Counted from the stretch's first letter, positions 1-13,209 are shown. The stretch is 64,000 nt of DNA from Raillietiella orientalis (GCA_036172245.1 JAYWIR010000006.1:1240001-1304000); one strand, 5' to 3'. Numbers and translations: made by a program. Notes: a model not told the origin generated them from the sequence alone.

Positions 1-158
1 ATCCGACGCTCCGCCCAGTTGCATGCGCCCTTCGTCTCTTTTTCCCTTTTTTTTTTTTTTTTTTGGGGGGGGGGGGGGGATCCCTTTTAAACATTTTTCC
101 TTTCTTCTCGCACCAACTTCGCCACGTTTTACCGTCACCCTTGGCCTCTTGTCCACCA

Positions 159-199
159 CGACTCCAATCATAGAACGAAACGTTCTATGATTGGAGTCG
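159..199. repeat. Perfect 19-bp inverted repeat with 3-nt loop
   Basis: cgactccaatcatagaacg (159-177), then aaa, then cgttctatgattggagtcg (181-199). The arms are exact reverse complements. Confidence 0.95.
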
Positions 200-1192
200 G
201 TTCTCCACCAGTCTCTGGCTCCAGATTCTCGAACGCTGCGGACTTTCACGTAACAGCCGGCCGCAACTTTGCCTTCTCCGTCCCTGCGCTGCAAATCCTT
301 ACCCCTTTCTCGCATTCTTCATCCTCTCTTCCTTCGCGATGCTGACGTTTCGTGGGTGCAATGTGCGACCGTTCCTCTTCTGATTCGTGTGTGTACGAGC
401 ACGCCCTTTTCGTTGTACACGACAAATAACTTTCAACTATTGAGAAATTTAAGAGTAGTTCTTTTAGTGTTCGAGATGAAAAGCTCAAGAACACTTGAGT
501 GGAGCTTGTGGACACCACCGTTCGTGGTATATGTACTCCATTACTCGCCATGCCATCACTACCAAGTAGTCTGCTGTGTCTTCCTGAGCATTTTCGGTGT
601 TTCCGCTGTACACGGTTTCGAGCACACTCGCAAAAAAAAAAAAAAAGTACCGAAACGCATCCTCAAAAGTCGCCAGCGGGCTATGAAACGGTTGCGCCTT
701 CCACTCGGATAACTCTTACGTGACCGCAAGATGATGATGATGATGACGACGACGACGTGCCTGTGCGTCAGAGCTATGAAACCCAAACAGACTTTTGAGC
801 ATTTCGGATCCGCCAAGGAAGCTCGTGAATTCCACCCCGCTCGGATTGCTTCGATCTTTTGCGAACTTCCCGCAGCGAAAACACAGTTCCCACGCCAAAG
901 ACAGTTCGTGTTTCGAGCGTGTGCATTTGACCCGTGCTGACCGAGTCCCTGGCGGCGAGCTTTGACGCGTAACCTCTGCCAGGAATCGGCAGGTGCGTGG
1001 AAACCACCGCCATGTCACCACTTCCGATTTATGAACTGTCTCCTCATCCGGTAGCATATCATCCATAGGGATTTTTTTTCCCAGCAGCATCGGGAATTTT
1101 TTTTTTTCCTTCCTCTCTCTCTCACTGGTAAAACCGGAAGCAGAAAGCTAAAAGCCATTTGCTTGGTTCGCAAGCGCCACCCGGCGTGGTCG

Positions 1193-1224
1193 GGTGGTGG
1201 TGGTGGTGGTGCTGCTGCTGCTGC
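1193..1224. repeat. Compound (GGT)n/(GCT)n microsatellite
   Basis: ggtggtggtggtggtggtgctgctgctgctgc read directly. Confidence 0.9.
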
Positions 1225-1634
1225 TCTTTGCAGCAGGAACGCGGCATCCCCGTGCCGGCGCTCGCTCAAACGTGTCGCTCCAGCCTCGTCACAAAAACTC
1301 CCCAGTCTGAGCGTGGGCTACCACCTGAACACCGAGTAACATGTAGGAGTATAGCTCAAAGGAAAATATACGGGAAAAAACACATCGTAACAAAAATAAA
1401 CTCGTTCGTAGGCGGCTGAATTGAGAGATGGATTCAAGGTCATGGAATTGATGAATAGCTAATGAAACGGAAAATGCGTTTATTTAATTTCGGTTCACAT
1501 TATGAGTGTAGGACTATAGGAACTTTGGATTATCTTGGCCTTATTTTTATGCTGCCAATACATGAAGGTAGATTTTTTTTTTTTTTCCATAGGATTGGAC
1601 ACATGATTTGCAGGAACTCTATACAAAAGTATAC

Positions 1635-1635
<1 letters not shown>

Positions 1636-1665
<30 letters not shown>

Positions 1666-1722
1666 ATATATATATGTATGTATCTATCTATATATATATA
1701 TATAAGATTGAATATATATATA
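1636..1722. repeat. Imperfect (TA)n/(TATG)n microsatellite
   Basis: Run of tatata/tatg units downstream of the BTB gene stop codon. Confidence 0.9.
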
Positions 1723-1894
1723 GTAAAGCAGAGTGGAGAAAGGAGGCTGTAAAATTAGCCCAATAATCAAGGCAGATGCCCTTGTCCAGCATTACCATGG
1801 CACTAAATTGTCACCGGGCTACATGAAAACATGGATACAACTGAACCACATGCACTCCCCATTTGCTTCTTGTATGAGGGCAACCTTATTGGTA

Positions 1895-3505
1895 TCACTG
1901 AGTCATCAGGCTATCCTTTTTTTTATCTTCATCATCACTGGACGTTAAATGATTTGGGGGGTGAGAATGGGGAACAGATGGTGTTACAGTGTGCCAAGCT
2001 TGGGATTCAGAGTCACTACCAATAGGTTCATGCTTTGATAAGGGTGGAGTGCAGTTAGGAGCATTCTGTGAGGTCTCTGCAGTAAGAGAAGCCATTCCAG
2101 GAGAAGCACTTTGATTGATGAGGCGGCGCATTTTGGCTCGTTCATTTTGAAACCAAACCTCCTCACAAGCCACTAAGTATGCTAAGATAGGTATACCTAC
2201 CTTCACTACTCCACGCTGCAAGAAGAGCTTATCAGCTAGGAACTGCATCTCATGGCTAGTAGGATGTTGGTTTTGTGCAAAGTATGTGCGCAGAATATTT
2301 ATCTGCACAGGACTGAATACTGTCCTTGGTTTCCTCATTCTCTGCTGATTAAGTAACCTTTGAGCTTCACTGTCACTGCCAGCTCCATTCCCATTTGGGG
2401 TTGATGTTAAATTACGGCCTAGCAACCATGTCCATGTAACAAGCAGACAAAATGCACACATGAACTAACCAATGAGGGATCCCGATGAATTAAATTGTGT
2501 GAAATGACCCAATCCTGGATTAAAGCCTTGAGCGATTTGTTGATAGCTCTGCATCATGTTCACCATCTTAGCTAAATTACCAGACGAAAACGCTGAACCT
2601 ATGGTAGATTTCCCATTAAACTCTTCATCAGCATCCATCAAAGAGTTGTCATCTTCATCAGCTTCATAATCATCAGCTTTTTCTAATTTTGGCATACGGC
2701 CTTTGTCTCCACTACCAAGAGATAAATTTTCAGGTTCCATTTGTTCTTTGACACCATCTGTCAAATGATTTCCAGTTAACAAAGATCTATCGGATTTTGA
2801 GCGCTTGACTTTGTCCTGAGGGGAAGGAGATCGGGGAGATGCGGGATTAGAATTATGTTTGTTTTGTGGAGAACTTGAGCGAGAAGGAGTACCAGATGAG
2901 TCCTGCAGATAAATAATGAAATGAAAACAACTACTCAGTGATGATAACTACGATGACTGTTACATGATGACAAGAGACTTATGACTGAAAGTTTTCAAAG
3001 CTTAACTGTTAGCAAAAGAATGGAAGGCAGGTAGAAATGACAAGATGAAGAAAAATAAACAAACAACAATAAAATCACCTTATCATCTGCTAAACCACGG
3101 ATGCGGAGCACTTCAGCTGTCCTGAGAAATTCAGGTAACTGATCATGTGACACATTGACTTCTCCATGATACACAAACTGTAGCAAAGATTCCAGTTGGC
3201 AATAACTAACATCCCTTAAAATGACAATTGGATGTTGGCAGGGGTTATCCTAAAATACAACAGAATAGCAAATCTGAGGAGAACCGAAAAGTCGTTATTG
3301 CACTTACTTTGAGCAAATCTTTAAAATAAGGACTACAGGCAGAAAGAATCATTTTGTGGGCTTTAATGCTACCTCCATCACAAGCTAAAGTAACATCTAC
3401 AAAGTCTTCTTCTTTACGAAGGGATTCAAATGCAGATACAATATTGCTGTGAAAATTATTCCATCTCAGACAAAATCTTTGAGGCTTTTTTTGTGGTTCA
3501 CCCAT
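1895..3505 (-). CDS. Tramtrack/broad/bab-type BTB-POZ protein with C-terminal Q50 homeodomain (~427 aa, 5 coding exons)
   Basis: Exons 3505-3308, 3249-3079, 2902-2470, 2418-2201 and 2158-1895 are all GT-AG and phase-consistent, totalling 1284 nt. The N-terminus [50 protein letters not shown] is a ttk-type BTB. The C-terminal part [32 protein letters not shown] is a homeodomain. Confidence 0.88.
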
Positions 3506-4539
3506 GTCTCACATCAGTCACAACACATAACCAGAACGAACACAAAGGAAATATTTATATACTCGGCATGGGACATACTTGTTTTCCAGTTTTGTATACC
3601 AAAACACTGTGAATAAATTAGTCAAACACATAACACTGAAAATGTATGTCTTTGATCATTCCTGTAAGAAAATTGATTGTCACTTCATGTAGCAAATGCA
3701 AGACTTCACGAAAAGTATTCGGCGAGAAGCTTTCAATGAAAGAATTAGTCTTGTCACATGCATGTTTATTTCAACTAAATAAAGAATATGGTACAATGAA
3801 ATCAATTGGATTTCTCGGATGAGATTCTTTTATGATTAAAATAAAGACCAGGTCTACTTGTATTTTCTTAAATTCAATAGATGTAATGATGAAAGATGTG
3901 AAGTAAACGTTTATTCAGTTTTTCATATTAGGTGCTACATTGATTCCAGTCAAGATTGCTGATATCTAAGCTAACAAAAACTATAATCAAATCAGCATTC
4001 CAATTTCAAACAGGAAGTTGTGGGGCTACACATCTATACATAAAAAATGAAAAAAAAGACCATACACAATTTAAACAAAAACATAAGCCAGCTGGTTCAA
4101 ACATCAGATACTACAATAATACAACACCTCATGTTTATTGTGCACTATAAATTTCATACCTTGGATTCAAAAACAACCACAAAGGGGAAAACAGACCTTC
4201 AATGTAGGTATTAAATATTGTGCACGATACCCAATCCTTTTCTTGCACACAGAATGATAGAAAATGCACTCACTGTGTAAATTCAAATTAATGAATACTG
4301 GTGACAAAATAATGATTCAGTTCTTTTATAACTCAGAAACATATTAAAGAATACCTACAAACTGACACTATTATTAATATACAAGTATGTCACTTTCAAT
4401 ATGTAGTATTTTTTACAGGAGCATTAAGTGCAACTTGCTGGAAAAAAGAACACTGACAATTTCTTAATTTCAATCAAAGATGTGATAGTCATAATTTTTA
4501 GTGCCATTATTCCAATATTTCATCACTTTAGAGTGCTTC

Positions 4540-5765
4540 CTTAATAGTTTTACATCATCAAAATGCCCAAGATTTCAAGTTGTGAACACTAATTATTACT
4601 TGTACTCACATGTACATAAAACTATACAACATAATGAACAGCTATGGCTAAGTCAGCAAGCTTTTTTGAAATGAGACAAAAAGGAAAGCTTTAAGAATTT
4701 GTTTGGACAAGGTTTAAATAATAGGTTTTCATCTATATATTTTAGGGTGATTAGAAAGATAAATATGCATCAGCCTAGGCATAAGTTTGTGACTGTTTTC
4801 TTAATTGAGAAGCATCAATTTGGAGGACAGTTGTGATCACTTTGCACATGACAAACAACAAACAGGTAAAGCTGTCATGAATCTGCTCAAGAACCCATTT
4901 GTGCCTTAAAATTCATTACAATCAATAGAAGGCAATCAGTTTTTCGTGTTACATTGCATTTCTGATTTTTCCGATAATAGATTTCATATTTCAATCCTAC
5001 CTTCCATAAATTTACTGTTAAAGATTTGAAATTAATCATTAACTTTCCTAATTTAAAAGGTTTCCCAACTGAAGTCAATATAAACCTTTAGTTTCTAAGT
5101 TCCAGGCTAATCAATGACTTTTATTAAGCAGCACTGATTGATCCAAAATTATTTAGAAAACAAGTGTATTAAAAAGCTTACAAGCAATCTACAAAGACAG
5201 TTTTAGGGAAAGACCACATAAATAACATTCATCCTTAGTACATGATCGTATGGATGCCATCTGTTATACCCAAATAAATTTGAAGTTTGACATAAAAGAT
5301 TATGGACATCTGACATAAACCTCAATGTTGGAAATTCTTCCGTGCTTTCATAAAAAAAAAAAGTTTTGGAACATCAATACATTCATAAGACAGGATAATG
5401 AGGACAAGAAGAATGCATTATCTAATATCTTTTTGCATGTTAGCCATGACTTTGGCTATTACATAGTCTCGTCATGTTTCTGTATGTATTTGTTGGTATT
5501 TTTCTTTTGGTATGCATCTATTTTCCAGTCCACATCTCATTTAACAATCATTTTTCTCTTTTTATCTCTTTAGGTTCCAAAATTTATTGTTCTTCAGCCT
5601 CATTAACAATTTTGCTTTGACAATCTCAACATGGCATATCTGAATGCATACATTCTGGATACATAATTTGATCCACATTTGAAAACCAAATACAATCACT
5701 AACCGCTGATGAATGCGATAATCCCTCAAACAATGTTCATCCATGCAGTAAACCAGGTCCAACAT
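4540..5765 (-). mobile_element. Highly decayed non-LTR retrotransposon (LINE) endonuclease-end/RT remnant
   Basis: Minus-strand peptides occur in LINE order with roughly expected spacing: LDLVY (~5760, APE end), TDGIHT (~5250, cf. GPDGI), ILTSVGKPF (~5070, cf. ISLTS..GK) and FDDVKLL (~4550, cf. ADD.KL). Many stops and frameshifts. Confidence 0.4.
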
Positions 5766-8700
5766 TCATACATAATTAACTAAACAGCAACAAAAACTCA
5801 TAAGGTATTATACTTATTTTTGGTGCATTCAAGATTATAATCTTAAGTACATCAAAAACGACAACTATGAAAGAAACCTAGAAAATCATTTTCCTAAAAA
5901 TTTCGAACACGCCAGTATCAAGGCAATCATATGTTTAAATTGAGATTGCAAATATTGGAGTCTCTTCAAGTGGAACTACATGGAAGCTGTACCAAATATG
6001 ATACTGTGTTCAATGATAAATTATACGATTTTAATTCATTTCAAGCTAAGCTATGCTTAAATTAATGAGGCAGGGTGTTATTTAAGGAAGGCAAGTGCTT
6101 ATGCTTACTAATGCAAGCATCAATTGACACAAACTTTATCACTATAATCTTGAGTTTTATATCATGAAACAAATATCAAAACGAAAATTGCAAAAATACC
6201 AATTACCAAAAGGAATAAAAACAAAATATACAATTAAAACTTAAAAACTCTTCCGGACGACCCTATTCACAAACAACGGTAATCTATCGTACTCAAAGAT
6301 CATGTAAAAATGCAGCTTTATATGCAAGCTTCATATAAATTTCATGTATGTCTTAAAGGAAGCGGTTCTTTTAATTCCTCATGTTTTCTACTGATTTAAA
6401 AAAATCCTCATATCTGAACACTTATTTTACTTTCGCTATAAGAATTGCAATTTAATAAGAAATCTTGCTAATAACAAGAATACAGAACTTTGAGTAAAAA
6501 AAAATAACCTAGAATTATGAAATAAATACTATCGCAAGGTCCCATTTCCAAACTTAATCAGGCAAAGAAAAGCTTCTCAGTGGCAGTTCCAACACACAAG
6601 CACTGTTCTCAAGCAAATTGAAACAAATTTCCAACTACAAGAGGGAACACTGAAAACACAGATTCTTGCTCATACCTGTTCTGTCTGATACCCTGAAACT
6701 TAGAATAGAATAACTACACACACTGTCCACGCATCAGTCTATATCTAGTATTTTCCACTGTAATTTACTATATCCGAGGCTGTAAGTTCCTTACTATGTA
6801 TCTTTCTGGTGCAATGACGGCAAACCCCAAATCTTTGCAATTACACATTCACATATCTTTGCAAATTGTGGAAAGAATTGTCGAAAAACATTCTGCTACG
6901 TTTTCAAGCCCTTTATCTTTTCTTTTCATGTGTGAGTTTCCTTCCTTTATGATCGCCCATGCACAAACATATTTACCATATAAACTTGCCTTACATTGCT
7001 TATAATTACGGGATGAGAAACTAAACAATGAAAGTTTGCATACGGTGCTTTAAAATGCACATAATCACACTTTCACTTTCGTAAACACCGTTTGATAAGG
7101 AACCTAAAAAAAAAAAAAACGAATTTTTACGAATCCTATTTACCATCTTTCATGCACTTTCTAACATTTACAGCGTTGCCATTTGCTGTCCATGGGGCAT
7201 AACTTTGTGATTTTCTATCCTTTTATTGCCGTACACTACCTTGGGAAACTACTTCATTAATGTTTACAGCCATTGTTTTCATCGTAACCAAATAAAATTC
7301 CAGCAAACAATCAGCAAATCCAATCTAAAAAAAAAAAAAAATACCTGAAACACATACGTTAGCTTTGTTGGTATACTTGGTACACCATCTGTAAAGAACG
7401 CAACTCTGGCGTCAAGTTTGACATGCCATAACAACGTTCAGCTGAACTGTATACATGTCAACGAGCCCCTGTTCTCAAAACGTATGGTACGAAAACTCTT
7501 ACAAATATCCCAAGATTGTAAAGTGTGCCTTGAGAAATACGCAGCACTAGCAGAATCCATGCACTAAAGTTTTTATATAAAGGTACTTTAAATGTTGTGG
7601 ATGTCACATATGGATATCACAGGTGGCCTTTATTTTAAATAAAAAGACGTTTTTTTTAATCAGTGAAGAATAAAAGTTCCCACTATTTTGTATTTAATAA
7701 AAGTTTTATTTATTCGTTATATCAGAAAACGAGAAATACAAAAATGAAAACAATAGAAATAAAAATTGAATCTACAAAGAAAGCTAACTAGATGGTTAGA
7801 CACAAGTACATCCGTTGCTACCCTCAGCAGTTAAGGACACTAATCTCAACAGAGAATTAACTAGAAATTCAGTAATTGAAAAAGTCAGCTATTATCTTTA
7901 CACTGAGCTGCAGTATCTGAAATATTCAGAATTTTCTCCCCATTTTTTATAACAAAAATTTTCAAGTTTCCTCCATTATTGATAAAATGACAAGAAACAG
8001 GCAGGCACTTTTCAGGAGGTTTACAGTTCCGAATTTTATTTTTAAAACTTGTATTGTCAGTACGTCACAAAATTCAAAAGTTCGTGTACATAATGACCGA
8101 ACTGAACATCGCTGTCCTCTCTTGTTAAGTCGTATCTTCGAATCTGCAGGGAATTGCCCATCCCAGGAAATCTAAATATCTATAAGTCTCATAGTACATG
8201 GGAGTCTCATAGTACATCGAAGAAAAATCTGAATTTGAAACGTAATTTTAAAGCATAAAAAAATCTAGCTTGGGAAATTGAAGAAAGCACCCAACGCACT
8301 GTATAATGAAATAGAAAATTATAACAGGGAGTGGGGACTCGGTCGAGATCTAAAAATTACAAGCATTTAATGTACCTATGACGTTATATGGTATTTGAAA
8401 GCAGTACGTATTTGATGTAACCAAAAAGAATAAATGGTTAAAAGAATTATTGTTAAAGGGAAGTGGGGCCTTATTAGATTTTGTTTCAAAAAAAAAACTT
8501 TTTTTTGTTTGTTTCTTTTGAACTCTTTATCCCTATTATGCGTGTAATTGTTTTGCATGGGTAAGAGAAAATTGCAAAAGTTAAATGGAGCAATTCTACA
8601 TTCTATCAAAATATGAATAACACAGTTGTTCCTCTCAAAGAGCAGCCATTCTAGAATTGTGTAATGGTTTCCTGTCTTCGAACTGTACAGTAAACTCTCG

Positions 8701-11700
8701 TTCTTTCAAATGCATGCCTTAAACAGTAAACGAATCAACCAAACTATGCATGAGAAAAATGGATGCTTAGACCTCAAATTCTAGGTGATTATTGATTATA
8801 AGAAAGACACCTCACAATAAAAGAAAAAACTGATGTTTTCCATGCACCGAAATGCAAACTTTCTTACCCTTTCAGCAAACCTCTGAAAAAAAAATTGATT
8901 TTAAAACGAATATCATACAGCATTATTAAGTCGTACCACGGTGAATATGAAGACGGTTTCGACATGAAAAAATCAGAGATGGAAATGACACAGAAACAAA
9001 TATTCTTACAGATTAAGATCCTCCTCACCCTAATGATGAAGCAAGCAAGGAAATCCTCGAAGCTCACAATTATGTGATCTGGTAGAAAAGTTGTATTTTC
9101 AAGATTTAACATGAAACTGTAAATCAGCAAGCGATTTTTCAGCCCTAGCTAAATTCAAATTCGATTTCCTATTATCAGAAAATTGCATCAGCTATGAACC
9201 TTGTCATACGTCGGACCGGAATGGAACCATGGCAGCTAACAGGAGCACTGGCAGTGTGCGTGCCAATAAACACAAGAGTTACGAGGAGACGAAGTGATCT
9301 TCCGAATCTTGCAAGATGGATCGACTTCCAGTACATCTTTTTCCTTTTTTTGATGAAATCCCGATGATCCTTGTTTTCCACATAGTTAATTCAAAATATG
9401 TTATTCTTTCTGAACCAGATCAATGAGTAAAGTTTAGTTACTTCTCTAACTGATCCACGTGATCTACCTATGGATGGAAGGCAACAAGTGCTAAGATCCA
9501 GTGCTACTCCCTTGGAGCAGTAATTATCAAAGACATAATAGATTTCCGAGAAGTAACTTTAATCCTGTAAATAAAAGCAGAAATGCGGCGTCTCCGTCAT
9601 TCAAATAAATCTGAAATGCTGACATCTGACTTGAAAGTTGGCAAGATGAAAAGTATAAACCACAATCTGTGCTAATCAGGATGAAGACAGAAAGTTTTTT
9701 TTCAAGACGGTTAAAGAACACCCGATATGTGTCCGTTGCTAGTGCAACAACAGTGTTTATGTAGTTGGTTCGATGATCAGGTCGACTGGGTAATATTTCT
9801 GACATCTCTGCTGGATGACATATGAGAGCATCGAAAATGCAGGGTCATTCAGTTTTTCTGAATGACATTTGTCTTCTCATTATAAAGTAATATGATGAAT
9901 CTAACTTCATAATGGCTATTCTTAATGTTTTTTGAGGAAACTTACTGAAACCTAAATGCTTTCAATGTGTAATGATTGTTCTTCCACAGTTGGAAATCTT
10001 TGGAAATCGAAATCGGAACGTCTCATTTTCCTTCCTATAGCTTTGACCTCATCAAGTATAGTGATCCGTTTTATCTCAGAGATAGAGCAGCACGTTTTGT
10101 GGGGCAGTTAATTCACATAAAAATCCTTGTAAGTGTTTACAAGCATATTTACTGATGCTTTCCTCCAGGATTGCGTGTTGCCAGGGGGTTTCTTCATTGG
10201 AGCAAATGGGCAAGACAGATAAGTGAATCATTTCGTCTTCCACTTCTAGAAAGAGGCCCTTTCAAGAAAGCCTGGGATCTCATGCAAATCGTAATGGACC
10301 ATCTCACAAAGAGGTTCGCTCCTGCAAATCTGTACTTCATAGATATGAAAGTAAATAACAGTGAATAACGCTTCCAGTTACTTTTCCTTCAGTGATCTTT
10401 TTCGGTTCCTGTTGTTATTCGGGAAAAAAAATTTGTTTTTTCCCTCCGGGGGACTGAGAATTATTTATCCTGTCAGTAGCGAAACAGCTGCTCCGTGCAT
10501 GACATGGGAGCTGTTGGGAAGGCAGGAAGCCCTGAACTCTCCAGCAAGCAAGCGGTGGTGCTGAGCTTCGAGCTCGCTGATGCCTGGTCCCCAGGGAGTT
10601 GGAAAGTTTGGAGGTATTTGCAAGAATCGTGCTTAAATCCATGTACTTCTCTAGGGAATCGATTTCGTTCTGGGATTTCTAATAATTTCCAATCTACACG
10701 GATAGAGTCCTGATGAAATACCAAATTTTAGTAATGGGAAGAAAAGAAATTCGTGAGGTGAAACTACGGTGTTTGATTTTGCTTGGAAACTTTTCCCTGT
10801 GGAAGTCAGAGGGAAGTTTGCACGCGTAATTCGCTGCAAATCTGCTCAACTGTGAAAGAATAGAAAACTTGCATATGCATTTTGTAAGGAGGCACCAAGA
10901 GGCCAAGGGGTCACCGGTGTAGCTCCAAATATGGAAGTGTGCAGTTTAAAACAAACTTGAATCTGCAACAGCAAGGAATCAGCAAAACCTCGGGTCCAAA
11001 ACCACCACATGGTGAGTGCACTCAACGCGGGCAGCGATCCATTTGCTGGACATCGAAACGCTCGGGAGGAAGGTTTTCTAAAGAGTGTCCTGTAAGAGCG
11101 GCCGAGACCGAAAGCGCGGACATGATGAATTCCTAAAGGGAACTGTATCTCAGGGAGCTGACGAGTTGGAAACTGCTTTGATCGGATCTGCACTTGAGGG
11201 GTCAAGAAATTTCGTTTTCTCCTCTTTGGCACGCAACGAGACAACACATCTCACAAATACAGTTCAGCGGTCAATTCTTATTAGAAGAGAAGAAAGAGAG
11301 GAAAATGGAGAGAAAGGCTTTGACATTGATGAATTTCAATTTAAGTACTTCAAGACTTGTGGAAGGAAGTGGAGCTCTCATTACTAATACTTGACTTGCC
11401 ATACGGGAAACCTGTAGCTGCAACTAAAGATGGAGCTTCCGCCTGTGGTTGGGACAAGTGCCGAAGCATTGCTGAAAGAGAAACAGAATTTCAGTGGCCG
11501 GGGAATGTAGGGAAATTTAGTGTTCCACCACTCAAGGACATCTTTGTGCCCAGAGCTTGATGTCTTGATGCCCAGTAATGTCTGTGGAAACCAAATGTGC
11601 AGATTGCATTAGAAATTCTGCCTTCCTGTCGCCGGTTTCAGTTATCTGTGTCAGAGTTACAGGCGGAATGTTAGTGTCTTCTACATTATTCCCATGTTAG

Positions 11701-12653
11701 TTTGCTTGATTAAAAATAAAATCTTGAAGCGCTTCATCTGAAGAAACTCAAAGAAACAAAAACCCTTTTCGTGGTCGTGAAAGGTGATCCGGTCATTAAA
11801 ATAGAAAAAAGCAGAGTTACTGACTGTGCAATCTAACGATTCTTGTAGGCATCGCTGCCCACCTAAACGGATCGTACACTAACCTTCAAGTTCCTATACA
11901 GTGCATGAGATGTTGAAGGTGGCTGTCTTTCGAACACAAACTTGCATCTGAAAATGAGTTCTAAAATGCATTTGTTGCCGCGCCATAATCAGTGAATTCT
12001 GCAATCTGATGCGAAACATAAGGAAAGGAATATCGGAAGTCTGAGGAATCTGAAAACAGGTTTGGAGTATTCGATATCACTCTGGAGTTGCTTTCTACTC
12101 GATTCTTCGTGCAACTGGGGGCAAGTCGATGGAGTCTTCAGCTTGGTCTATTCCACCTAAAAGCTAACACTCCGCTCCAGCTCACTTTGGCGACGGAATT
12201 CTACAAAACCTCTGTTTTCCTGTGTCTTTTACACGAAGACTTGCCCGGAGGCGCGCTCTGCAAATCGCCTGCGACCGTCTTCCGTGGCAAAAAGTAATCC
12301 CATGCCGAAATGTAACCACCAGGAGTGCACTCACACATGAAAATCCTCACAGCAAACTCCGTACTGCCGATTCAGAATCTCTTGCGAATGCGAACAAACT
12401 TGACTAAAAGAGAAAATACATAAATCTCACCAGGGCATATTCCTCATGAGCTCTAATGTGAAACAATGAGCTCTCGAAAACTCACGCTTCATACAAATAT
12501 TTCGATCAGCTTTTTATTGGCTCACATATCACAGGGAGGAATGATCCAATCCATAAACGCATGCCATAATTCAATTTGCGATTCACGGTTTATATTAAAT
12601 ATTTTTGCAACCTTGAAAAGGGTCACAGATGTGATGGCAGTTCTTATAGCCAA

Positions 12654-12850
12654 TGTAAAAGTACAAGGCTAGAAAGGAGAATCGATGATTCCGAATGATC
12701 TGCAATTAATAGAAGAATAAGCGAATATCACATCCAAATAAAGATTTACGTCAATGTTATAAAGACGAACTGTTAACCATCAACGCTAATCTTAATGTTG
12801 ATCAGGTAAGACAAGAGATCGAAAGCAAAATTTCTTGCAATGTAGTGTGA
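12654..12850 (+). pseudogene. adk: Wolbachia-like adenylate kinase 3' fragment (nuclear transfer)
   Basis: [28 protein letters not shown]/(frameshift)[35 protein letters not shown]. It has a premature TGA at 12696 and a 1-nt frameshift, and lies directly upstream of rpsM as in alphaproteobacterial gene order. Confidence 0.75.
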
Positions 12851-12908
12851 CTCTGGATTGTTTTATGGTATAAATTAAGAGTTATTATTAATAAAGAATC
12901 GGAGTACC

Positions 12909-13032
12909 ATGGGCACGTATTGCAGGTGTAAATGTTCCAGTAAAGAAATGCGTTCCTTTTGCATTAACTTATATACATGGTATAGGTGTTGCTCGTGCAA
13001 GCACAATTTGTCATGCTTGTGAAATTGATAAG
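12909..13032 (+). pseudogene. rpsM: Wolbachia-like 30S ribosomal protein S13, truncated 5' fragment
   Basis: 12913-13032 reads [40 protein letters not shown] (S13 signature ARIAGV..P..K....LTYI.GIG). A Shine-Dalgarno-like GGAG sits at 12901. The ATG at 12909 is 1 nt out of frame. Confidence 0.88.
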
Positions 13033-13209
13033 ATAGTCCTTCTCATAATAGTCCAAAAGAGGTAAGATAAGGATTTATAGTAGTGAGGGTAAAGATGCCA
13101 GCGGCTTATCATTATGACTTCGGAAAAAAAAGCAATGGAAGCTTTGGATGAAGGAGAAAGCATAGCAGATGTTGCCAAAAGGTTTAAATTTGGCAAGACG
13201 GCTTTATAT
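13033..13209 (+). mobile_element. Wolbachia-like IS630-family element, left part (transposase N-terminal HTH, frameshifted)
   Basis: ATG at 13095: MPAAYHYD.(+1 fs)KKAMEALDEGESIADVAKRFKFGKTALY, matching the recalled IS630 N-terminus AYSxDLRxK..G.S...VA.RF. The segment begins near a TA dinucleotide at 13034. Confidence 0.75.

Noticed and set aside
246..1419. Several overlapping 70-150 aa ORFs, considered as alternative 3' DNA-binding exons of the BTB gene
   Set aside because: No zinc finger, HTH or other recognisable domain. The ORFs are partly explained by higher GC and microsatellites.
8186..8217. Short direct repeat agtctcatagtacat x2 (similar small duplications at ~31507 and ~55174; 11-bp hairpin at 39666-39698)
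   Set aside because: Only two units with no spacer array. These are ordinary local duplications, not CRISPR-like.
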